From Tannerellaceae bacterium (GTDB lineage Bacteria; Bacteroidota; Bacteroidia; Bacteroidales; CAMTPD01), in the NCBI GenBank assembly GCA_051660585.1, contig JBOFPV010000136.1, positions 16,177 to 80,176 on the forward strand: a stretch of DNA of 64,000 nucleotides, read 5' to 3'. The translations under genes were made by a program, and so were the position numbers. Below are positions 47,610 through 57,520 of this stretch, piece after piece. Under the pieces are notes generated by a model. It was not told the DNA's origin, did not search any database, and worked only from the letters and a program-made list of their open reading frames with translations. Positions within the stretch are counted from its first letter, which is position 1; each line of letters begins with the position of its first letter.

Positions 47610-47708
47610 TAGTCTTCATTGAGTTTATTTCCGCTAGTTGCAGGTATAAAAGTTTGAAGAAGTCGAAAAAACGTTTTTCCTTTGCAATGAATATTTAAAA
47701 TAGATACA

Positions 47709-48599
47709 GTGATACGTCTTATCAAGAACTGGATGCTGCCCATAGCCATGCTTACGGGGAGTGTTTTTTATAGCCTCTTCGGGGCTTTGTCCTTCCTAAC
47801 TCCCGTACTTATCTTTACCATGTTGTTGCTTACCTTTAGCAAGCTTTCTCCGAAGACTTTGCGCTTCACGCCATTGCATTGCTGGCTGTTGGCGATCCAA
47901 ATCTTAGGATCACTGGCTGTGTACCTCGCTTTGGCTCCGTTTAATCCCATCGTTGCGCAGGGGGTAATGATCTGCTTGTTGGCACCAACGGCTACGGCGG
48001 CCGCGGTGATTACCGGCATGCTGGGCGGAGACATCTCGTTTGTAACCAGTTTTGTTTTTGCGAGCAACCTGGGAGTAGCCGTAGTTGCTCCGGTGCTGTT
48101 TTCATATGTCGGTACTACCAACGATATGCCCTTTATTCATTCGTTCTTGTACATTTGCAAAGAAGTAATCCCGTTGTTGATGGCGCCGTTACTTGTAGCC
48201 TGGGCAATACGCTTTTGGTTTCCGCGCCTGCAAGAGAAGATCACGTCGCTCAGTGGCCTTTCATTTTACATCTGGGCTTTGGCGTTGGCAATTGTGACCG
48301 GTAAGACGGTGAAGTTTTTGATAGAGCAAAATCATCCCAATTATGATACGGAGATTTGGGTAGGAGTAGGCTCGTTGGTGATTTGTGTGTTGCAGTTTTA
48401 TGTGGGCAAGAAGATCGGTTCGCGATTTGGTAACCGCATTGCGGCCGGACAGTCGTTGGCGCAAAAGAATACGATCCTTGCAATCTGGATGTCGCATATT
48501 TACCTCAATCCGATTGCTTCAATAGGGCCGGCATCGTACGTATTGTGGCAAAACACGATCAATTCTTATCAGTTGTGGAAAAAAAGAAAGGTCTCTTAA
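47709..48599 (+). CDS. Polytopic membrane transporter, BASS/SBF-like (bile acid:Na+ symporter fold)
   Basis: GTG start, about 9-10 TM segments, and an LLAPTATAAAVITGMLGGD region resembling SBF-family proteins. Family call is weak. Confidence 0.45.
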   Translation: MIRLIKNWMLPIAMLTGSVFYSLFGALSFLTPVLIFTMLLLTFSKLSPKTLRFTPLHCWLLAIQILGSLAVYLALAPFNPIVAQGVMICLLAPTATAAAVITGMLGGDISFVTSFVFASNLGVAVVAPVLFSYVGTTNDMPFIHSFLYICKEVIPLLMAPLLVAWAIRFWFPRLQEKITSLSGLSFYIWALALAIVTGKTVKFLIEQNHPNYDTEIWVGVGSLVICVLQFYVGKKIGSRFGNRIAAGQSLAQKNTILAIWMSHIYLNPIASIGPASYVLWQNTINSYQLWKKRKVS

Positions 48600-48709
48600 C
48601 TGCTGCCAAGTAAGCAGCGATCAAGAGACCTGTCATATAAGTATGGTACAACCGTTGTGTATTCGATTACGCAACGGTTGTTCTATTTTATCACTTTCTT
48701 GTGTGCAGA

Positions 48710-50740
48710 TTATTCCACAACGGTGATCACGCAATTGTCTTGTTGTTGCGATCCTTTGCTTTTAGCCTTTGCTTCGATGGTGTTCTTGCCCGAAGTCAGG
48801 TTGACACCTTCCCACACAAAAGTTCCTACATCGCCTTTGCGTTTTCCGAGGCTTTTGCCGTTTACAAACAGCTCTACCTCGTCCATATTGGAGTACACTT
48901 TTAGGTTGCCTGTGGTAGCCTTGCGTGTGTCGATGCGCTTCTCGGCAATGTAAACAAACGGATCTTTGGTGTTCCAGTTTGCTTTGTAGAAATAGAACGC
49001 ATCCTTTTTGTCTTTGCGGTCGAAGCTTACCAGCCCTTTGTCGTTGATGCCCGGGCGATCACCCTCGGTGCGGTGCGCGGCGCCGAAATCAAATAGATTC
49101 CAGATGAAAGTTCCCCAAACGAACGGACGGTCTTTGATGGCCTTCCAGTTCTCTTCGTGGTAAAACGTTTGCCACGACTCGGGGTGCCACCAACTGGTTG
49201 GGTTGGTCTTTTCCAGAGCTTCTTGTTGTTGGTAAATGCTCGCGCCTGCTCCGTATTCACTCACGCCGATGCAAAGCTGCGGATTCTTTTCGTGTGTGCT
49301 GTCGAGAAACTTGCCCAAGTCTTTTGGCATGCCGCCATACCAGCCGTCGTATCTGTTCCACGCGATAAGATCGGTAATGAAATTCAGCGCGCCGCCTTGG
49401 TTACTTGCCGAAGTGGTAATGCGAGTTGGGTCGAGTTGCTTGGCCAATACATTCAGTTCCTTCACATATTCTACCGGATTGTCGCCGTCTTCTTTCAGCT
49501 CGTTGAAAAGTCCCCAAAACAACACCGCAGGGTGGTTGTAGTTTTGCTTGATCATCTCGGTAAGCTGCAGGCGTCCGTTTGCTTTGAACGATTCTTGATC
49601 CACAAAGCCTTTGTCGCGGTATCCGCCCGGGCCTACGAATGGAATCTCAGACCATGCCACGATACCGTTCTTGTCGAGCAGGTCGTAAAAGAACGGAGCA
49701 TGTGGATAATGCGACAAACGGATGGCGTTTGATCCCATCTCTTCCAGTATTTCAAAGTCTTCGATGTGGTGTTCTTTGCGCAATGCATTCCCGATTTGCG
49801 CGCGGTCTTGGTGGCGGCAAACTCCTTTCAGCGGCATGTGTTCGCCATTGAGGAAGAATCCTTTTGCCGGATCTACGTGGTAGAAACGCAAGCCCAGCGG
49901 TTGGGTTACTTTGTCTACCGCAACGTTGTTTGCGATGAGCTCTACGTCTACGCTATACATAAACGGATCTTTTTGTCCGTTCCAAAGGCGCGGTTTCGCG
50001 ATTTCGAAAGGAATGGTTTCCGTTACTTGTGTATTTGCTGCTAGCGTTACAGGTTTATTTTGTTGCAATACCACTTTGTCGCCGTCTTTTACCGTAAGGC
50101 GAAGGGTTGCTTCTTTGGCAGCGTTGGCACCGTTGGATAGCACGATGTCTGTCGAAACCTGAGCAAGATCTTTGGTTACTTTCGTTTGGCTCAGGTATAC
50201 TCCCGGCGAAGCATAATCGAGCGGAGAGATACAAACCGGGTCGGTCACAAGCAGTGTTACGTCGCGATAGATACCGCCATAGAAGTTGAAGTCGCCCACA
50301 AGTGGCATTACGTCAAGCTGCGGCGCATTGTTTACGCGCACCCAAAACTTGTTGTCTTTGTTGTAATCGATCTTGTCGGTGATTTCGTATACGAACGAAG
50401 TGTATCCGCCTCGGTGTTCGCCGATGTGCTTTCCGTTGATAAACAAGTTGGAGACGGTATTGACACCATCAAACTTAATAAAAACGCGCTTGCCTTGCCA
50501 AGCAGAGTCGATCTTAAAGGTCTTCTCATAGTTGCCTAGTCCGCGGTTGTAGTCGAGCTTTCCTACAAGAGCGTCGGTTGTGTTCCAGGTATGCGGAATG
50601 TCTACACGTTTGCGTACGTTCTTTTCTACGACGTGTCCTTCGGTAAACTGCCAATTGTCATTGAGCGATACGTGTTGGCGTTGCGCCATAAGGCTGGTAC
50701 CGGTCAGCAATAATGCTCCAATTAATTTTACGGAATTCAT
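48710..50740 (-). CDS. Glycoside hydrolase family 2 (beta-galactosidase/beta-glucuronidase-like), secreted
   Basis: Signal peptide, WGLFNELKE (acid/base NE) and GVSEYGAGAS (nucleophile EYG), 676 aa. Confidence 0.8.
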   Translation of the reverse strand: MNSVKLIGALLLTGTSLMAQRQHVSLNDNWQFTEGHVVEKNVRKRVDIPHTWNTTDALVGKLDYNRGLGNYEKTFKIDSAWQGKRVFIKFDGVNTVSNLFINGKHIGEHRGGYTSFVYEITDKIDYNKDNKFWVRVNNAPQLDVMPLVGDFNFYGGIYRDVTLLVTDPVCISPLDYASPGVYLSQTKVTKDLAQVSTDIVLSNGANAAKEATLRLTVKDGDKVVLQQNKPVTLAANTQVTETIPFEIAKPRLWNGQKDPFMYSVDVELIANNVAVDKVTQPLGLRFYHVDPAKGFFLNGEHMPLKGVCRHQDRAQIGNALRKEHHIEDFEILEEMGSNAIRLSHYPHAPFFYDLLDKNGIVAWSEIPFVGPGGYRDKGFVDQESFKANGRLQLTEMIKQNYNHPAVLFWGLFNELKEDGDNPVEYVKELNVLAKQLDPTRITTSASNQGGALNFITDLIAWNRYDGWYGGMPKDLGKFLDSTHEKNPQLCIGVSEYGAGASIYQQQEALEKTNPTSWWHPESWQTFYHEENWKAIKDRPFVWGTFIWNLFDFGAAHRTEGDRPGINDKGLVSFDRKDKKDAFYFYKANWNTKDPFVYIAEKRIDTRKATTGNLKVYSNMDEVELFVNGKSLGKRKGDVGTFVWEGVNLTSGKNTIEAKAKSKGSQQQDNCVITVVE

Positions 50741-51095
50741 GAAATTAAATTGTTGGTTAGTTAATTCTATTCGGGTTGTAAGGGCAATCTTTATTCAGAG
50801 TAAACGGTGATGTGTATTAAACTAAATTATATTGTCCTTCTTCAAGGGCTAAAAATAGCTTTTTTTTACGAGAAAAAAGTATGGTATTTCTATGAACTGC
50901 TCAGCTATATTGCCTTGTTGCGATAACATTTGGCAACGATTGTTCTGTATAATCAACATCTTTTATGTTGTGCGGTTAAAAGCGACTCGTAGCGTGCAAA
51001 TTAAGTAAATAGCAAATAGTTAGTGCAGTTGCCATCATAATGAATAAAAGAAAAAAAACAAGAGGAATAGAATTTTTGAGGCGACGTATTATTTG

Positions 51096-51103
51096 TATTT
51101 TTG
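51096..51103 (+). promoter_or_regulatory. Candidate -7 box (TAnnTTTG) for the riboswitch-nrdDG transcript
   Basis: tatttttg lies about 25 nt upstream of the riboswitch core. Confidence 0.35.
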
Positions 51104-51124
51104 TATTGGTTTTGGTTTCCGTTT

Positions 51125-51290
51125 TAAGAGATAAACAGGAATTAAAAGGGAATCAGGTGAAACTCCTGAACAGTCCCGCTGCTGTGAACTCTGTAGAATC
51201 GGTCCGACGCGAATTGCCACTGTATTTATTCTCCAAAAAGAATATGGGAAGGCAGTCGGGCGCGAGAGTAAGTCAGAAGACCTGCCAAGA
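51125..51290 (+). promoter_or_regulatory. Cobalamin (B12) riboswitch
   Basis: Conserved blocks appear in the correct order: AAAAGGGAAUCAGGUGAAACUCCUGAACAGUCCCGCUGCUGU, B12 box core GCCACUG, GGGAAGGC, and AGUCAGAAGACCUGCC. Confidence 0.85.
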
Positions 51291-51443
51291 CCGGATGTTC
51301 GTATGGCTTTCGAGGAAAAAGCCGGGACTTAAGTTAATCTACTTTTTTCCCTTCCAGCTATTCCCCATTACCGAAAGGGTTTTTCCGGTAATTGAGCCTT
51401 CACGTGCCTACATCCAATGGCTCGATTGTTTCTGTTCAATGAT

Positions 51444-51485
51444 AAGATATACATAAGATATATAAAAGATATACATAAAGATATG
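51444..51485 (+). repeat. Four tandem copies of an 11-nt AU-rich unit running into the nrdD start codon
   Basis: aagatatacat | aagatatataa | aagatatacat | aaagatATG. Confidence 0.8.
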
Positions 51486-53690
51486 ATCAAGGAAGTTTTA
51501 AAACGCGACGGTAGGGTAGTATCTTTTACGAAAGATAAAATTGTCACTGCAATAACAAAGGCAATGGCACATACTGCTGAAGGTGAAGATTTGGCTTTGG
51601 CTCAACTTATTTCGGACAAAGTAGCCGAAAAGGGAGATAGCCGTATGTCTGTAGAGTCTATTCAAGATGCTGTGGAAGTGGCATTGATGAAGAGTCGTCG
51701 TAAAGATGTAGCAAAGCTATATATTTCGTATCGTAATCAACGTAGCGTAGCACGTCAGGCAAAAACCCGTGATATATTCTTGGAGATCATCGAGGCTAAG
51801 TCGAACGATATTACACGCGAAAACGCTAACATGAATGCCGATACTCCGGCAGGAATGATGATGAAGTTTGCCAGCGAAACAACGAAACCTTTTGTAGATG
51901 ATTACTTGTTGTCTGAAGATGTGAAGCATGCAATCCGTCAGGGATTCATTCATATCCACGACAAAGATTACTATCCTACCAAAAGTTTGACGTGTGTTCA
52001 ACACCCTCTTGATCGTATCTTGAAAAACGGATTCGTGGCAGGTCACGGTGAGTCGCGCCCTGCAAAACGTATCGAAACAGCAAGTATTCAGGGTTGTATC
52101 TCGCTCGAAACTGCGCAAAACGAAATGCACGGCGGACAAGCGATTCCGGCTATCGACTTCTACTATGCACCCTATGTGCGCGAAAGCTATATCGAAGAGG
52201 TGAAAGTGTTGGAAGAGCTTGCCGGAAAAGACTATAGTCATTTATATACTATTGAGATCGACGACTATGTAAGCAAACCGCTTGGTGATCTTTCGGGCGA
52301 TGCGCGTACTGTGCAACATGCGATCAACCGTACGGTGAGTCGTGTGCATCAGGCAATGGAGGCGTTTATCCATAACATGAACACCATTCATAGTCGTGGT
52401 GGTAATCAGGTTGTTTTCAGCTCGATCAACTATGGAACGGATACTTCGGCCGAAGGTCGCTGTATTATCCGTGAGTTGCTTCACTCTACATACCGCGGGG
52501 TAGGGAATGAGGCTACTGCTATTTTCCCTATTCAGATTTGGAAGAAGAAGAGGGGTGTAAACTACCTTCCGGGCGAACGCAACTACGATTTGTACATGTT
52601 GGCTTGTAAGGTTTCGGCTCGTCGTTTCTTCCCTAACTTCCTTAATTTGGATGCTACATTTAATCAGCACGAAAAGTGGAACGAGAATGATCCCGAACGT
52701 TACATCTACGAGACTGCAACGATGGGTTGCCGTACACGTGTGTTCGAGAATCGTTTTGGCGAGAAGACTTCGACCGGACGTGGTAACATTTCGTTCTCTA
52801 CTATTAATATCGTAGGTTTGGCTATCGAATGTATGGCAATCGAAGATGAGGCTGCTCGTATCGAGGCATTTATGCAAAAGCTAGATGTGATGCTTGAGCT
52901 TACCGCGCTTCAATTGCATGAGCGTTTCGAATTCCAAAAGACTGCGCTTGCAAAACAATTCCCATTGTTGATGTCTTCACTGTGGAACGGTTCTGAAAAC
53001 CTTTCTCCAAACGATACAATCGAGTCTGTGATCAATCAAGGAACACTCGGACTTGGCTTTATTGGTCTTGCCGAATGTCTTATCGCGCTACGAGGAAAAC
53101 ACCACGGTGAAGATGAGGTGTCGCAAAAACTTGGTCTTTCTATCATTTCACACATGAAGGAAAGAGCAGATGAGTTTTCTGAGCAATATCAACACAACTA
53201 TAGTGTGCTTGCTACTCCGGCAGAAGGATTGGCGGGTCGCTTTACCAAGATGGATAAGAGACGTTTCGGTGTGATTGCCGGAATTACAGATAAGGACTAT
53301 TATACCAACTCGAACCATGTGCCTGTATACTACAAGTGTAGCGTAGAGCACAAAGCGAGTGTGGAGGCTCCATATCACGAGCTTACTCGCGGCGGACACA
53401 TCTTTTATGTGGAAATTGATGGTGACGCAACACATAATCCGGAGGTGATTACGTCTGTTGTTGACTTGATGGATAAATACAACATTGGTTACGGATCGGT
53501 AAACCATAATCGTAACCGTTGTCTTGATTGCGGCTTTGAGAATGCAATCGACGATCTTATCGAATGTCCGCGCTGTGGAAGTGATAACTTAGATAAGCTA
53601 CAACGTATTACAGGTTATTTGGTGGGTACTACAGATCGATGGAACAACGCTAAACTAGCTGAGCTAAACGATCGCGTTCGCCATGACTAA
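51483..53690 (+). CDS. nrdD: Anaerobic ribonucleoside-triphosphate reductase (class III)
   Basis: ATG at 51483 gives an N-terminal ATP-cone (VLKRDGRVVSFTKDKI). C-terminal Zn ribbon (CLDCG...CPRCG) and glycyl-radical motif RITGYLVG. The longer ORF from 51417 runs through the riboswitch expression platform. Confidence 0.9.
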   Translation: MIKEVLKRDGRVVSFTKDKIVTAITKAMAHTAEGEDLALAQLISDKVAEKGDSRMSVESIQDAVEVALMKSRRKDVAKLYISYRNQRSVARQAKTRDIFLEIIEAKSNDITRENANMNADTPAGMMMKFASETTKPFVDDYLLSEDVKHAIRQGFIHIHDKDYYPTKSLTCVQHPLDRILKNGFVAGHGESRPAKRIETASIQGCISLETAQNEMHGGQAIPAIDFYYAPYVRESYIEEVKVLEELAGKDYSHLYTIEIDDYVSKPLGDLSGDARTVQHAINRTVSRVHQAMEAFIHNMNTIHSRGGNQVVFSSINYGTDTSAEGRCIIRELLHSTYRGVGNEATAIFPIQIWKKKRGVNYLPGERNYDLYMLACKVSARRFFPNFLNLDATFNQHEKWNENDPERYIYETATMGCRTRVFENRFGEKTSTGRGNISFSTINIVGLAIECMAIEDEAARIEAFMQKLDVMLELTALQLHERFEFQKTALAKQFPLLMSSLWNGSENLSPNDTIESVINQGTLGLGFIGLAECLIALRGKHHGEDEVSQKLGLSIISHMKERADEFSEQYQHNYSVLATPAEGLAGRFTKMDKRRFGVIAGITDKDYYTNSNHVPVYYKCSVEHKASVEAPYHELTRGGHIFYVEIDGDATHNPEVITSVVDLMDKYNIGYGSVNHNRNRCLDCGFENAIDDLIECPRCGSDNLDKLQRITGYLVGTTDRWNNAKLAELNDRVRHD

Positions 53691-54195
53691 ATTGTCTCTT
53701 CTTCGGGTTGTACGTGATACGATTGTTGATGGTCCGGGTTTTCGCACTGCCGTATATTCGGCGGGATGCGCCCATCATTGCAAGGGGTGTCACAATCCGG
53801 CATCTTGGAGCATTGCTAAAGGTAACCTGATTCCTGTAACCGATTTGATGAAACAGATTCTCGAAGCGGACAACAGTGGTGTTACCTTTTCGGGAGGAGA
53901 TCCGATGTTTCAGGTGGAAGCGTTTACCGAATTGGCTCGTATGATCAAAGAGCAAACGCAAAAGAATATTTGGTGTTACACCGGATATGTGTTTGATGAG
54001 GTCGCTGCTTCGGATCGTTTGTCGCAAATACTGCCTTACATTGATGTGATGGTAGACGGACGTTTTGTGGAAGAGGAGAAGGATCCGGGATTGATCTTCA
54101 GAGGGAGTAAAAACCAACGTCTTATCGATGTGCAGCGTTCGTTGCATGAGCAGAAAGTCGTATTGTACAACTATTCGCCTTTTCCTACATTTTGA
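53683..54195 (+). CDS. nrdG: Anaerobic RNR activating protein (radical SAM)
   Basis: 8-nt overlap with nrdD. DGPGFRTAVYSAGCAHHCKGCHN (CxxxCxxC), 170 aa. Confidence 0.9.
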   Translation: MTKLSLLRVVRDTIVDGPGFRTAVYSAGCAHHCKGCHNPASWSIAKGNLIPVTDLMKQILEADNSGVTFSGGDPMFQVEAFTELARMIKEQTQKNIWCYTGYVFDEVAASDRLSQILPYIDVMVDGRFVEEEKDPGLIFRGSKNQRLIDVQRSLHEQKVVLYNYSPFPTF

Positions 54196-54223
54196 TTTAG
54201 TAAATGGTTACAACTTATATAGC

Positions 54224-54257
54224 AAAAAGGGCTATCCGATCGTCGGATAGCCCTTTT
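54224..54257. terminator. Bidirectional terminator (nrdG on +, gadC on -)
   Basis: aaaaagggctatccga-tcg-tcggatagccctttt. Confidence 0.8.
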
Positions 54258-54295
54258 GCGTTTTAAGTAAGATCTAATTAATTGATCTGATTTAG

Positions 54296-55783
54296 TTACT
54301 TCTTAGAAGTGTCTGTATCTGTCTTTTTAAGTTCCCAATCGAATGGTTCAAACTGTTCGCCTTCGCTCAAACTGTTCCATGATGGTTTCTTCATTGCATA
54401 GATGATGAATGGAATTGTTACCACAATAACACAACCTACTACAAGTACTGAATACCATACGGTCGGACTTCCACTTGGGATTTGTGCCGGAGGGATGAAG
54501 CTTAAGCAGAATGCTAGCAGCGATCCGCAGAAACCAAGACCTGCAAGCAACCACATCATACCGTTGCCTTTTGCGCCTACACGATATGGGCGTGGTTTGT
54601 CTTTGCTTCTGTAACGAAGATAGATTGCAGCGGCAAACATCAACATGTACATGATCAAGTATAGGAGCACAGTAAGCTGTGACAAGATTTGATAGAAGGT
54701 TTGTACGGTAGGCATTACGACAAATAACATTGCCAATACGGTAACCATACCTCCTTGGATATAAAGAATATTCTTTTGCACACCAATCTTGTTTGTTTTT
54801 TGCATGAACGGAGGAAGGTATCCTGCTCTGCCTACAGCGAAAAGACCTTTTGAAGGACCTGCTACCCATGTAAGTACGCCGGCTAATACCCCAAATGCTA
54901 ATGCAACGGCAATTACAGGTGATAACCATGAAGCATGGATGAATGCAAAGTAGTTGTCGAAACCGGTAAGCAAACTTTGTGTAAGGTTGATGTCTTTTTG
55001 TGGGATGATAATACCCAAAGAGAACGTGCCCAATACAAAGATTACTACGGTTGCAAATGCTCCGATAAATACGGCTTTCGGATAGTTCTTGGAAGGGTTT
55101 TCTACGTCTTTCACGTGTACACCCATCATTTCCATACCGGCATAGAATAAGAAGATACTGGATGCGAGTACGAGGTTATTGAAGTTTGTAAAGTCGGGGA
55201 AGAAGTTTCCAGAGAAATCCATTTCAGACTTGCCGCCCATGGCAAGATAGATAATCGCAAGCACAATAAGTAATCCGGCCGGAATGATGGTGCCGACCAT
55301 ACCTCCGATCTTGGATACTTTTCCTACCCAGTCGAGTCCTTTGAGCGAAATAAGTGTTGCTGCCCAATAAATGATAAGTACAACGACCAATGTATATATC
55401 TTGTTTGATGCCAGGCTCATGTCGGCAGTGTGGTCCATGCCTATAAAGGCGATAGAAACAGCACCGAACGTAAGAACGGTAGGGTACCAAATCGTACTTT
55501 CTACCCATTGAAGCCAGATTGCAAGAAAACCTAAGCGCTTGCCAAAGGCTTCGCCTACCCAACGAAATACCCCGCCTTGCTTATCTTGATACATAGCCGC
55601 AAGTTCGGCTGCAATCAAAGCTGTCGGAATCAAAAAAACGATAGCTGCGAATAGATAATAGAAGGCAGAAGTTATGCCATACTCTGCTTCGGCCGGAAGA
55701 CCACGTAAACTTACAACTGCTGTGATGTTCATAATCGCCAGCGTTGCAATACCGATCTTAGAAGAAGTGTTGTTTGATTTCAT
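54296..55783 (-). CDS. gadC: APC-family amino-acid permease, glutamate:GABA antiporter-like
   Basis: 12 or more TM segments. The N-terminal region (AELAAMYQDKQGGVFRWVGEAFG) is collinear with E. coli GadC as I recall it. It is divergent from a glutamate decarboxylase gene. Confidence 0.65.
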   Translation of the reverse strand: MKSNNTSSKIGIATLAIMNITAVVSLRGLPAEAEYGITSAFYYLFAAIVFLIPTALIAAELAAMYQDKQGGVFRWVGEAFGKRLGFLAIWLQWVESTIWYPTVLTFGAVSIAFIGMDHTADMSLASNKIYTLVVVLIIYWAATLISLKGLDWVGKVSKIGGMVGTIIPAGLLIVLAIIYLAMGGKSEMDFSGNFFPDFTNFNNLVLASSIFLFYAGMEMMGVHVKDVENPSKNYPKAVFIGAFATVVIFVLGTFSLGIIIPQKDINLTQSLLTGFDNYFAFIHASWLSPVIAVALAFGVLAGVLTWVAGPSKGLFAVGRAGYLPPFMQKTNKIGVQKNILYIQGGMVTVLAMLFVVMPTVQTFYQILSQLTVLLYLIMYMLMFAAAIYLRYRSKDKPRPYRVGAKGNGMMWLLAGLGFCGSLLAFCLSFIPPAQIPSGSPTVWYSVLVVGCVIVVTIPFIIYAMKKPSWNSLSEGEQFEPFDWELKKTDTDTSKK

Positions 55784-55969
55784 AAAAGTATTCTGATTAT
55801 AGTTTTTTGTTTTCTTTATAACCGTTTCGTTTTTGATTGGTTGTATTGAGTTGGTTAATATTTAATTATAAACATTGAATCGCGAATGTTTATCAAACTA
55901 AATGATAATCTTTTTGTTTTAACAGCAGAGATAAATTAACCACTACTTATATTCTAAATTGATACAATT

Positions 55970-57406
55970 ATGAATGATTCAAAACTACGTAAAGGGAATG
56001 CAGAAACTGCAACGTATGGTTCTGATATTATGCTAACAAGTTCTCCTGTTGATAGAATTCCTCAAGATCCGACTACCCCGGAAATTGCTTATCGAATGGT
56101 GAAAGACGAAACATATCCGCAAACACAGCCTGCACTTAACTTGGCTACGTTCGTTACTACGTATATGGATGATTACGCAACAAAATTGATGAATGAAGCG
56201 ATTAATATCAACTACATCGACGAAACAGAGTATCCTCGAGTTGCGGTGATGGCTGCTAAATGTATCAATATTGTAGCAAATTTATGGAATACTCCTGAAA
56301 CCAATAAGTGGAAAACGGGTGCTGTTGGTATTGGCTCGTCTGAGGCTTGTATGCTTGGTGGCGTAGCTGCTTGGATTCGCTGGCGTAAAAAAAGACAAGC
56401 TGCCGGTAAGCCGTTTGATAAACCTAACTTTGTAATTTCATCGGGATTGCAGGTTGTTTGGGAAAAGTTCGGACAACTGTGGCAAATCGAAATGCGTACC
56501 GTTCCTTTGACTTTGGAAAAAACAACGCTTGATCCGGAGGCTGCTTTGGCAATGTGTGACGAAAATACCATTTGTGTCGTTGGTATTCAAGGTGTAACTT
56601 GGACTGGTTTGAACGATGATATCAAAGCATTGAATGACGCACTTGAAGTATATAATAAGAAAACTGGATATGATATTCCGATCCACGTGGATGCTGCATC
56701 GGGTGGTTTTATTCTACCTTTCTTGAAACCTGAGTTGGAATGGGATTTCCGCTTGAAATGGGTTTTGTCAATTAGTGTTTCCGGTCATAAATTCGGATTG
56801 GTTTATCCGGGTCTGGGATGGGTTGTTTGGAGAGATAAACAGTACTTGCCAGATGAAATGAACTTTAGCGTGAATTATCTTGGCGCAGAAGTTACTCAGG
56901 TAGGATTGAACTTCTCACGTCCGGCTGCGCAAATCTTAGGTCAGTATTATCAATTTATCCGTTTAGGCTTTAAAGGCTATAAAGACGTGCAATACAATAG
57001 TATGGAAGTAACTAAATACATTCATGCTGAGATTGGTAAAATGAAGCCATTTAAGAACTATAGCAATGAGGTGGTGAATCCATTGTTTATCTGGCATATG
57101 AAGAAAACATATCAAAAGACAGCTAAATGGACTCTTTACGACTTGCAAGATAAATTGAAACAAAGTGGCTGGATGGTTCCTGCTTATACGTTGCCCGAAA
57201 GTCTTGAAGATATCGTTGTAATGCGTGTTGTGGCTCGTCAGGGCTTTAGCAAAGATTCGGCAGATATGCTTCTTGGCGATATTCGTAACGCAATCGAAGA
57301 GTTGGAAAAACTAGAATATCCAACGCCTACTCGTATTGCAATGGAGAAGAAAGAACCAATTAAAGGAAAAGTGTTTACTCACACTCATCATGTGAAGAAG
57401 AAATAA
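55970..57406 (+). CDS. gadB: Glutamate decarboxylase (PLP-dependent)
   Basis: 478 aa with the PLP-lysine motif SVSGHKFGLVYPGLGWVVWRD and N-terminal NLATFVTTYMDDYA. Confidence 0.88.
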   Translation: MNDSKLRKGNAETATYGSDIMLTSSPVDRIPQDPTTPEIAYRMVKDETYPQTQPALNLATFVTTYMDDYATKLMNEAININYIDETEYPRVAVMAAKCINIVANLWNTPETNKWKTGAVGIGSSEACMLGGVAAWIRWRKKRQAAGKPFDKPNFVISSGLQVVWEKFGQLWQIEMRTVPLTLEKTTLDPEAALAMCDENTICVVGIQGVTWTGLNDDIKALNDALEVYNKKTGYDIPIHVDAASGGFILPFLKPELEWDFRLKWVLSISVSGHKFGLVYPGLGWVVWRDKQYLPDEMNFSVNYLGAEVTQVGLNFSRPAAQILGQYYQFIRLGFKGYKDVQYNSMEVTKYIHAEIGKMKPFKNYSNEVVNPLFIWHMKKTYQKTAKWTLYDLQDKLKQSGWMVPAYTLPESLEDIVVMRVVARQGFSKDSADMLLGDIRNAIEELEKLEYPTPTRIAMEKKEPIKGKVFTHTHHVKKK

Positions 57407-57456
57407 GTCTTTTCTCTAATAGAGCGCGTGTAAACGCAGTTATCCTCTATGATTAG

Positions 57457-57488
57457 AAATAGGGAGCCGATTATCGGCTCCCTATTTT
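57457..57488. terminator. Bidirectional terminator (gadB on +, clc on -)
   Basis: aaatagggagccg-attat-cggctccctattt. Confidence 0.8.
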
Positions 57489-57520
57489 GCTATATATGCG
57501 ATGATGTTTCGGGGGAGGTT

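Noticed and set aside
51040-51456. 138-aa ORF upstream of nrdD, and the extended nrdD start at 51417
   Set aside because: The region carries every conserved block of a cobalamin riboswitch plus its expression platform. The nrdD ATP-cone begins at the ATG at 51483.
51717-54147. Long antisense ORFs inside nrdD/nrdG (51717-52241, 52242-52877, 53148-53507, 53650-54147)
   Set aside because: They lie opposite strongly motif-supported genes, carry no motifs, and have Arg/Cys/His-rich composition typical of antisense frames.
54348-55562. Same-strand out-of-frame ORFs within gadC (54348-54929, 55224-55562) and small ORFs within the EamA gene (42909-43771)
   Set aside because: These are alternative frames of clearly polytopic transporter genes. 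Their composition is Cys/Arg-rich and non-protein-like.
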